Source: an uncultured Solirubrobacterales bacterium
Lineage (GTDB): Bacteria > Actinomycetota > Thermoleophilia > Solirubrobacterales > Solirubrobacteraceae
Direction: 5' to 3'
NCBI GenBank assembly: GCA_963830465.1
Contig: CAWHME010000001.1
Location: 127,515-191,514, forward strand
Length of the DNA: 64,000 nucleotides
A program made the translations under genes and the position numbers. This document shows positions 46,461 to 53,861 of this stretch, in pieces. The notes under the pieces were generated by a model that did no database searches, was not told where the DNA came from, and saw nothing but the letters and a program-made list of their open reading frames with translations. The number at the start of each line of letters is the position of its first letter. The first letter of the stretch is position 1.

Positions 46461-47912
46461 CGTGGGCGATCTTGGGTGCGGTTGATCAGATGGATCTGGG
46501 TCGCTTTCGGGAGGGGTATCGGCTGGGTGGGGCGGGTCGGCCGGCGTATGACCCGGCGATGCTAGTGGCGCTGCTTTTGTATGCGTATGCGCGGGGGAAC
46601 CGGTCCTCGCGTCAGATTGAGCGGGGGTGCTGGGAGGATGTCGCCTACAAGGTGATCACGAGCATGCGGGTGCCGGATCACTCGACGATCGCGGAGTTCC
46701 GACGCCGGCACGAGAGCGAGATCGCCGAGCTGTTCGATGATGTGCTTGGGCTGTGCGGGGAGGCGGGGCTTGTGTCGGGCGGGGTGATTCTGGTCGACGG
46801 GACGAGGATCAAGGCGAACGCGTCGATGGATCAGAACCGCTCCTACTCGGGCTTGGTCAGGGAGATCCTGCGTGAGGCTGAGGAGACCGACCGGCGTGAG
46901 GACGAGCTCTACGGTGATGCGCGTGGGGATGAGTTGCCTAAAGCAGCTGCGCACCAGCGACGCTCGACGCGCGGCGCTGGCGGAGGCCAAGCGGCGGATC
47001 GAGGAGCGCAAAGGCCGCGCGGTCGGCCCGCAGGAGCCCGACGGGGACGTCGAGATGGATCCGGAGTTGGTGCTCGGCCGGGGTGGTCGGCGTGGGGGGC
47101 GACGCGAGTGGCCTCGGGTCGCGCGCCGCGAGCTGGAGTCGCGGCGGGAGCGCCAGGCAGACCCGATCCCGCGCGATCGAGAGGACCGTCTCTTTCAAGC
47201 GCTCGGTCGGCTTGAGGAGAACCACAGGGTCGATCTGGCAGCCAACGACGCCTACCAGCGCTGGCGCTCAAGCTCGCGCGACACGCTCGGGCGCCGGTTG
47301 AAGGGCAACAGCAAGCCGTATCTGCCGCCGGACGCGCCGGAGGGGCAGGTCAACCTGTCCGATCCGGATTCGCGGGTGATGCGCAGCAAGGGGCTGCCGC
47401 ACCGCCAGGCCTATAACGTGCAGACCGCGGTGACTGAGCGACAGATCATCCTCGCCGCCGAGATCCCGCCGGACGCGCCCGACTTCGGGCACCTGGAGCC
47501 GATGCTCGAGGTGACGCTCGCTCACCTGCACCACCACAGCATCACCGAGCAGCCCGAGGCGCTCGTCGCTGACGCCGGCTACTGGCACACCCGCCAGATC
47601 CAGGCGATCCAAGAACGCGGGATCGAGGTGCTCGTCCCGCCCGACGGCGCGATGCGCGAGGGCAACCGCCCCGGCTGGGAGAACGGGCTCTACCAGCAGA
47701 TGCGAGAAAAGCTCGACACCGCGCGCGGCCGCGCGCTCTACGCCCTGCGCAAAACCACGATCGAGCCTGTGTTCGGACAGATCAAATACAACCGGCGCGT
47801 CGATCAGTTCATGCGAACAGGCAGAGCCGCCGTGCACTCGGAGCTGCGGTTGCTGGCAGCAACACACAACATGCTCAAGCTCCACAACCACTGGATCGCC
47901 AACACCGCCTGA
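46461..47912 (+). pseudogene. IS1182-family transposase, exon 2, with a +1 frameshift near 46940
   Basis: WAILGAVDQMDLGRF...AYDPAMLVALLLYAYARGNRSSRQIE...GDELP (frame of 46472), then KQLRTSDARRAALAEAKRRIEE...ADAGYWH...EPVFGQIKYNRR (frame of 46872). Confidence 0.8.
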
Positions 47913-48007
47913 GGAAACACGCCGCCCCCCCGCCCGGCGAGCGGTCCCGCCAAACCGCAGACCATCCAAACCTCGCTGTCTCCGCATTTTTCAACAGCCT
48001 CGCGGCT

Positions 48008-48239
48008 ATGTCGTCACCGAGCGCCACATTTTACCTGTGTCGCCTGAGCTCACTGCACAACAACAAGGTCGAGGAGGTGCTCGTGAAGCGACGGCTGGGT
48101 GACGTCCAGATCCAGTTTCGCCGCAACCGCCTGACGCTCGACGGGCGCGATCCCGTTTACGTCGGCTGGCTACCGGGCGCGCGAGGTGGTCGCCGCGGCG
48201 AGCGCGAACGCGCCGGACGACGTCGCCGCGAAGCTCTGA
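48008..48239 (+). pseudogene. 3' fragment of a PH-like gene with an internal frameshift
   Basis: FYLCRLSSLHNNKVEEVLVKRRLGDVQIQFRRNRLTLDGRDPVYV. A natural-looking tail SAGYRAREVVAAASANAPDDVAAKL-stop follows in another frame. Confidence 0.35.
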
Positions 48240-48722
48240 GTTTCGCCGCCCGCTCGGTCGCTCAACCAGTTGCAGCATGATCACCGAGGTGAAGGGCTTG
48301 AGTTGCTGCCGACCTGCCACAACGCCGCGGTTGAGACCCCAGGACCGCCCCCGTAGCGGGTGGTCCCGACGGCCACATTGACGCTCGGCCGGGCTCGGAA
48401 GGTGACCCCGAGCGAGACCGCCGAGACACGCTCGCCCTTCCCCCCGCTGGCTAGGTACTGACTTAGATCCTTACGCGGTGCGGAGCTCAGCGTGCTCCCG
48501 GCGCCGATGCCGCCGCCGGCAGTGCCCGCGCCGGCCCAGCCTTCCAGGCACAGCACGATCAGCGCCGCAGCGGCGCCACACAGCCCGAGTACCTGCCGGC
48601 TGCCGCACAGGCCACCGAGACATCGCGAACGCTGCAGCAAACCTCCCAACCCTGCACCCGTCTTCCGTAGCGCCCGGCAATGTACCAGCGGCAAGCGCTG
48701 TTCTCCTCACCGCGAGCAGGAA

Positions 48723-48950
48723 TCACGCCGGGTGATCAGGGGGTGACCCTCGAGGTCCCGACCGGCTCGCCACACCAGCTTTCGTCGGGATACGCGAGGT
48801 GTGGCTCTTCAGCGTGTCGACCGAAACGAACAGCCGCTGAGCGATTCGAGCGTAGGTGAGGTCAAGGGGCAACATGCGCAGCACGCCCAGCTCGGCCGCG
48901 GTGAGCTCGTCCCCCGCGGGTACGAGCCAGGACCACATCGCGCTGCCCAA
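48723..48950 (-). pseudogene. LuxR/GerE-type HTH remnant (C-terminal domain only)
   Basis: ELTAAELGVLRMLPLDLTYARIAQRLFVSVDTLKSHTSRI matches the LuxR C-terminal HTH. There is no receiver or ATPase part upstream, and the tail is divergent. Confidence 0.6.
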
Positions 48951-49020
48951 GGTTGCGTATCAACTGTTTGCCGAGCCTCTGCAGTCGTGGCAGGGCATGG
49001 AAAGGGTGGGGTGGTGAGGT

Positions 49021-49250
49021 GTCGTTGGCGGGGGTTGGCGTGTGGGGTGTTGGGTGGGTGCAGTTGGCGGGGGCTGGCCGATGGGATGTTGGGGGGTGCG
49101 GTCGGCAGGGTTGGCGGGCGGAGCGGGGGTGCGGTCGGCGGGGTTGGCGGGCGGAGCGGGGGTGCGGTCGGCGGGGTTGGCGGGCGGAGCGGGGTGTTGG
49201 CGGGTGCGGTCGGCAGGGTTGGCGTGAGGGGTTTCGGCGGGTGCGTCGGC
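49021..49250. repeat. G-rich degenerate tandem tract with a 33-bp x3 core (49096-49194)
   Basis: Core unit GTGCGGTCGGCGGGGTTGGCGGGCGGAGCGGGG. Units 2 and 3 are identical and unit 1 has one change. Degenerate GGGGTTGGCG-like copies flank the core. Confidence 0.9.
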
Positions 49251-49293
49251 GGGCGCCGGACAGCGCGCGAAAACCGGATCGGTGACTCCCCGC

Positions 49294-49414
49294 GGCTAGG
49301 ATCAGCCGGCGAACCTGAACTTTTGCGATTTTTGTCCGAGGGGTGGACACGAATTGTGGAAGTTCGCCGGCGGCCGGAATTCTCAGCCCGGATCCACGCC
49401 GTCACCGCCGCGCG
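49294..49414. repeat. 121-bp dispersed repeat, copy A
   Basis: GGCTAGGATCAGCCGGCGAACCTGAACTTTTGCGATTTTTGTCCGAGGGGTGGACACGAATTGTGGAAGTTCGCCGGCGGCCGGAATTCTCAGCC.... Copy B lies 177 bp downstream with only a few mismatches by eye. Confidence 0.9.
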
Positions 49415-49470
49415 CCGTCGGGTGGTCATGCGGCGCACGGCGTCAAACCCGGGGTCGCTGACCTCCGGGC

Positions 49471-49591
49471 GGCTGGGATCAGCCGGCGACTCTGAACTCT
49501 TGCGATTCATGTCCGAGGGGTGGACACGAATTGCGGAAGTTCGCCGGCGGCCGGAATTCTCAGCCGGATCCACCCCCGTCACCGCCGCGCG
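49471..49591. repeat. 121-bp dispersed repeat, copy B
   Basis: Same-orientation copy of 49294-49414, with a few substitutions and compensating 1-nt indels. Confidence 0.9.
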
Positions 49592-49757
49592 TCCGCCGAC
49601 CGGCGGCCCTCTCGCGGCCGGCGGCCCCGCCGGCCGGGCCGCCCGCGGCGCGCGGCCCCGGGCGGTGTCGCGCTGCGCCCGCGCGGCGGAGAGAGGATCC
49701 CGGTTGCCTTCGCGATCGCGCTGGTCAAGCCTGCCCCTGCAAGCTTCAGGTGCGCGA

Positions 49758-49868
49758 GCGCGATCTCGCTGGCTCGGTCCACACCGGCGCGCAAGCGCGA
49801 TCTCGCTGGCTCGGTCCACACCGGCGCGCAAGCGCGATCTCGTTGGCTCGGTCCACACCGGCGCGCGA
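49758..49868. repeat. 37-bp tandem repeat x3 (plus partial flanking copies), iteron-like
   Basis: GCGCGATCTCGCTGGCTCGGTCCACACCGGCGCGCAA at 49758, 49795 and 49832. The third copy has 2 changes. Confidence 0.95.
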
Positions 49869-49931
49869 GCGCGACGGCACGCTCGGGGTGCTCCCGGGCG
49901 TCACCGCTGTCGCCACATACCCGACAAACCT

Positions 49932-49977
49932 TTGACATTTAGTACGTGCGTGCTAGACTGATGCTATGCGTACTAAA
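49932..49977 (+). promoter_or_regulatory. Sigma-70-like promoter (TTGACA-16 nt-TAGACT) with 9-bp inverted repeat operator; leaderless TetR mRNA predicted
   Basis: -35 at 49932-49937, -10 at 49954-49959, ATG at 49966 (7 nt after the -10). TTTAGTACG (49938-49946) and CGTACTAAA (49969-49977) form a perfect inverted repeat flanking the -10. Confidence 0.6.
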
Positions 49978-50646
49978 CCGGGAGATCGTACGCCCCCCAG
50001 TACGTTCACCCAGCGAAAGCGGCGCGAACAATTGGTGGCTTGTGCTATCGACACGATCGTCGACCTCGGGTTCCAGGGCATGTCGGTGGGCGAGGTCGCT
50101 CGCCGCGCCGGTGTGAGCAAGGGCGTAGTCACCTATCACTTCCCCGTCAAGGACGACTTGATCTATGGGGTCGTCGCGCAGATCTTCGACTCGATCACGG
50201 AGTTCTTGGAATCCCGGCTGGGGCGAACAACACCCGAGACGTTCGTCGCTGACTACATCACCGCTTGGGTCGAGTACTACGGGACACATACGCCATATAT
50301 GCTCGCGATCGGCGAGATCTGGTCCAACTTTCGGGACGAGACCGGTCACCGCCACTTCGGCGACCAGGCAATCGCGGGCGAGTTGGCCAACGTCCAGCGT
50401 GCGCTCGAGCTCGGCCAGGCTAACGGCAGCCGCGGACAGTTCTCGGCTCGGGTGATGGCGGTGACTATGAAGGCCGCCCTCGACGCCCTGCTCGATCAGC
50501 TCGCGAGTGACGCGAAGCTAGATCTCGCGGCCTACGGCGCCGAACTTGTCGCCTTGTTTGAACGCGCGACTCGTGTAGACCCCAGCGGCGTACATATTCA
50601 GGCAGACGATGTAGCGACATCGTCAACCGGAAAGAAGCAGACATGA
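49966..50646 (+). CDS. TetR family transcriptional regulator
   Basis: REQLVACAIDTIVDLGFQGMSVGEVARRAGVSKGVVTYHFPVKDDL HTH. Confidence 0.85.
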   Translation: MRTKPGDRTPPSTFTQRKRREQLVACAIDTIVDLGFQGMSVGEVARRAGVSKGVVTYHFPVKDDLIYGVVAQIFDSITEFLESRLGRTTPETFVADYITAWVEYYGTHTPYMLAIGEIWSNFRDETGHRHFGDQAIAGELANVQRALELGQANGSRGQFSARVMAVTMKAALDALLDQLASDAKLDLAAYGAELVALFERATRVDPSGVHIQADDVATSSTGKKQT

Positions 50647-50664
50647 CTGGCTCTGATCGGCAGC

Positions 50665-51294
50665 GTGTTTCGGTTTGTGCGGCGGTCGACTGCGCGCGCG
50701 ATGAAGCCCTACTTTGAGAACCATCCCGCTGGATGGCTGTTCCTGTTGGCGGTGATCGCCTTCTTCGGAATGGAGACCGTCCAGTTCATCCGTCAGCGCG
50801 CCTGGCGCCAGGACGCGACTCGGGTCGCGACTCCCAGCTTCTGGGTCGGAGTCGCGTTGTGGACGGTCATTGCGACCGCATCGCTGCACCGGGCCGCAAA
50901 CCTTGCGCCAGGAGCATCGGTGGGCAACGGTGTTGCCGTATTCGCGGTTGGGATGGTGTTGCTCATAGCTGGTGCCCTCCTGCGCTGGTGGTCTTTCTGG
51001 GTGCTCGGGCACTACTTCACGTTCACCGTCGATGCAAGTTCCGATCAACACGTCGTAACGGCCGGCCCATACCGAGTACTACGCCACCCTGGCTACGCGG
51101 GCGGCCTTCTGACGATGATCGGCATCGCGGTGATATACACCAACTGGGTCGGTCTCGCCGGCTTTGTGATTCCGTGCGTGATCATCATCGTTTGGCGTAT
51201 CCATATCGAGGAGGCCGCACTTCTGCGCATCGCCGGCGATCCGTACCGTATGTACGCCGCTCACCACAAGCGGCTCATACCACTAATTTGGTGA
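50665..51294 (+). CDS. Isoprenylcysteine carboxyl methyltransferase (ICMT/PEMT-like) family membrane protein
   Basis: VVTAGPYRVLRHPGYAGGLLTMIGIAVIY and IEEAALLRIAGDPYRMY family blocks, with ~5 TM. Confidence 0.8.
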   Translation: MFRFVRRSTARAMKPYFENHPAGWLFLLAVIAFFGMETVQFIRQRAWRQDATRVATPSFWVGVALWTVIATASLHRAANLAPGASVGNGVAVFAVGMVLLIAGALLRWWSFWVLGHYFTFTVDASSDQHVVTAGPYRVLRHPGYAGGLLTMIGIAVIYTNWVGLAGFVIPCVIIIVWRIHIEEAALLRIAGDPYRMYAAHHKRLIPLIW

Positions 51295-51657
51295 ACGAGA
51301 CAGCCATGTGGACTTCTCATTGTGGTCCGCGGTCCGGCCGCACGAGTGCATCGGCAAACCAGCCCGTCGCAAAATAGAGAGTGGATGGTGTGCGGATCGC
51401 GGGGACTCGTATGAAGACCAGAACCCTTTTTGGAGAGAAGGTCCGCACTAACCGGGGCGGAGGACGAGAAGCGCTCAGCGGGCCGAGCGACGCTTCGAGC
51501 GGGTCCGCCCGCTGGCGAGAGGGCCGCTGCCCACCGCTCAACCTGCGGACGAAGTAATACGCGCCGGACACCGGACCCCCACCCCCGCCCGGCGACACGT
51601 GGCACAGTTGCCCGACACCCCGGCCAACTGCCGAGAAGGCGGAACCCCTGACTTTCG

Positions 51658-51702
51658 CCAAGAGGACCACGGGTCTCGAACCCGCGACCTTCGGCTTGGG
51701 AA
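51658..51702 (-). repeat. Partial copy of the tRNA-Gly 3' half (anticodon loop to 3' end plus 3 nt); att-like direct repeat
   Basis: 45 bp matching 53043-53087 with 3 mismatches. Similarity stops exactly inside the anticodon loop (TTCCCAA). Confidence 0.8.
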
Positions 51703-51933
51703 ACCTTTGCGAGACGGCAGCAGGCGGACGATCGCGAACTGGCAAGGACAAATTGCCTGCCAAGTTCAGCGTGGCGTTCTTCACCAACTCGCTGGACGTC
51801 TTCGCCGTCGCCGCGTCCACTGCGTCACATCCATGTGACCGAGTCCAGACAGCCGAATTGCCCGGGTCGCGTTCACCTGTTCGAGAGCGAACGCAATGCT
51901 ATGAGGAAGATCGCCGGCTTCCGCCTTTATGTG

Positions 51934-52824
51934 TCAGCTTCGGACGGGTCCCGGCCGTTTTGCATTCTGCGCGCTGAACATCCTCCCCATCGTCTCCGCG
52001 AAGGAGGCCGGCTCACGGCCCAACAGGGCGCGGGCCGTTCGTGGGTTACCGACCAATCCTGAGCGGCCGTAGTGGGCAAACATTGCGAACGCGTCAGCGT
52101 GGGCATCCGCGTCAAAGCCTTGGGGAAGTCTCATCTCTGCTGGACTAACTTCCTCGGCAACCAATTGGCAGCCAAGCACCTGCCCCAGTTCTGCCGCCAT
52201 GTCGTGCATGTTCATGATCTGAGCGCCGGATACCTCGTAGGTGGCGAACTCGTGGCCCGGCTCAGCCAGAACGATCGCGTGGACCGCGGCCACATCGGCC
52301 ACGTCGACCACGGTAAAGGGAGCGGAGGGGTCAAACGGGACAGCGACGACATCCGGATCATCGCTTCCAGCGAGAAAGAAACCGATGCTTTGGGCATACA
52401 TGGCGGGCGCCACCACCGTCCAAACCGCGCCGGAGGCTCGCAACGACGCCTCGCCGCGGGCCTTTCGGAGATGGTGGTGCAAACCAGGCGTGTAGGAATG
52501 AAGCACCGAATGCAGGATTACCCGTTGGACTCCGGCCTCCACAGCCGCTTCGACGGCGTTGGCGATGAGGCTGTCCTCATCGGGACGGAACACTGGCGGG
52601 ATGACAATCACCGCAGCGGATCCTCGGAGTGCCCGGGTCAGTCCCTTTACGTCCCGCAGGTCGCCGAGTGAGTGTTCCGCTGCACCCGCCGCGTGAGCCG
52701 CTTCGGCGCGCTCTGGGGCCCGCACAATCGCGCGACTGACCAAACCGCGCTCACCGAGCGCCGTGAGCACAGCTCGACCCGTCTGTCCGTTAGCACCGAT
52801 GACCGCCACCGGACCGGTACTCAT
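51934..52824 (-). CDS. NmrA-family NAD(P)H-binding protein
   Basis: VAVIGANGQTGRAVLTAL Rossmann motif and overall NmrA/SDR-a5-like pattern. Confidence 0.8.
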   Translation of the reverse strand: MSTGPVAVIGANGQTGRAVLTALGERGLVSRAIVRAPERAEAAHAAGAAEHSLGDLRDVKGLTRALRGSAAVIVIPPVFRPDEDSLIANAVEAAVEAGVQRVILHSVLHSYTPGLHHHLRKARGEASLRASGAVWTVVAPAMYAQSIGFFLAGSDDPDVVAVPFDPSAPFTVVDVADVAAVHAIVLAEPGHEFATYEVSGAQIMNMHDMAAELGQVLGCQLVAEEVSPAEMRLPQGFDADAHADAFAMFAHYGRSGLVGNPRTARALLGREPASFAETMGRMFSAQNAKRPGPVRS

Positions 52825-53045
52825 CGCTCACCGTCCTCCGACTTCACGGGCATCTTCTCGAGCATCTCGTCATTGGACTCATGTCGTCCTCGGCAGCATA
52901 TCCTCGGCAGCGTATCCCGGCTCGCGAGGGAGCGAGCTCTTCCCTACGCCGGAGCGTCTGTGACTGCCGTCCTCCAGCATTCCGGAGGCTGTTGAGCCGG
53001 AACCCAACGCAGCCGCCCCGGGATCATGAAGCCGATCTCCGCCCA

Positions 53046-53118
53046 AGTGGACGACGGGTCTCGAACCAGCGACCTTCGGCTTGGGAAGCCGACGCTCTAC
53101 CAACTGAGCTACGTCCGC
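53046..53118 (-). tRNA. tRNA-Gly (anticodon CCC), with two helix mismatches; CCA not encoded
   Basis: Hand-folded cloverleaf: acceptor GCGGACG/CGTCCAC (C2-A71 mismatch), D arm GCTC/GAGC, anticodon arm TCGGC-TTCCCAA-GCCGA, T arm GCTGG-TTCGAGA-CCCGT (U51-C63 mismatch). Confidence 0.7.
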
Positions 53119-53132
53119 GCTGCGGGCGATTC

Positions 53133-53450
53133 TCAGGGCCGATCGTGGAAGGCGTGACCCAGTAGAGGCCCAAACGCCTTGCTGAGCCTCGTCCTGGCCC
53201 GGTCCGCGGCTCGATCCTGGTCGGCTTCGAACGCACCGAGGCGAGTCGCGATGCTGGCGCCAGAACCATCGAGCAGCGCCCGGTAGTGGCGCTCGATCAT
53301 TTCGACGCTCGCCTCGGAGTGCTAGCTGAACGAGGACCCTCCCTCTCGTCGCTAGCGCCAGGACTGTCCCCCGCGCCCCAGGCCGCGAAAGCCCGGCGCG
53401 GGACCGACGCCACTTCTCCCGCGGAACGAACGGAGCGGCGCACTTGGGAT
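53133..53450 (-). pseudogene. Tyrosine recombinase (integrase) C-terminal remnant
   Basis: HSEASVEMIERHYRALLDGSGASIATRLGAFEAD matches the catalytic-Tyr tail (MIxRHY) of actinobacterial integrases. An in-frame TAG lies at 53322-53324, and an upstream RRAFAAWGAG-like piece is in another frame. Confidence 0.5.
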
Positions 53451-53861
53451 CCGGCAACAGTTGCGCGCGAGGGCCAAAGCAGGTCAGTCCTCTATCCACG
53501 CACGGCACTTGCTTGTCACCAATTCCGCGACCGGCATCGATGAGCTATCGCTTGCTCCGCAGCGAAGAGGTCGAGGCACATCCGGTCGCGTGGCCGGGCG
53601 CGGGAGCAACGTCCCACAGACACCGCTGCTGTCACGATCCGTTAGCTGACGGCGGGGTTTGACCTGGCCTGCAAGCACCCCTCGGTGCTGGCCGCTGGCT
53701 GTTCCTATCGCGTGGATCCGAGTGCTGACGAGGATCTGGGACGGTCGTTCTTTGCTTCCGCATCGTCGCCCGAGGGGCACGAGCGCGCCGCTTGCGCTTC
53801 TCGAGTTGGCGGAGCCGAAGGCGGTAGTTATGGCCTGGATCGCACAGCCAGGAATCTCTGG

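Larger units (their letters stand above)
44434..48036 (+). mobile_element. IS1182-family insertion sequence (ends approximate) carrying a group II intron
   Basis: Transposase exons at 44457-44544 and 46461-47912. The ends are inferred only from a near-identical 10-mer (GTGTCGTCTG at 44424-44433, GTGTCGCCTG at 48037-48046). Terminal inverted repeats are weak (about 11 of 22). Confidence 0.45.

Noticed and set aside
44400-48060. Clear terminal inverted repeats for the IS1182 element
   Set aside because: The best pairing of the proposed ends is about 11 of 22 positions (GGGTTTAAGACACTTCTCGGTA versus the reverse complement AGGTAAAATGTGGCGCTCGGTG). This is not convincing, so the IS ends remain approximate.
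48281-48694. 137-aa minus-strand ORF downstream of the LuxR remnant
   Set aside because: It has some beta-rich character and a hydrophobic stretch, but no start context or recognisable family. It overlaps other open frames in a decayed region, so support is insufficient.
49021-49868. CRISPR array
   Set aside because: The 33-bp and 37-bp units are directly abutting tandem repeats with no unique spacers, and no cas genes are present.
48809-49961. Long ORFs on both strands (349 and 386 codons) across the repeat region
   Set aside because: The products are Arg/Pro/Gly-rich and repeat-derived, and both strands are open at once. There are no start-site signals. They are treated as non-coding.
51411-51557. 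48-aa ORF with faint XRE-HTH resemblance (…SARWREGRCPPLNL…) next to the att-like repeat
   Set aside because: It is too short and degenerate to call. The resemblance rests on a few residues only.
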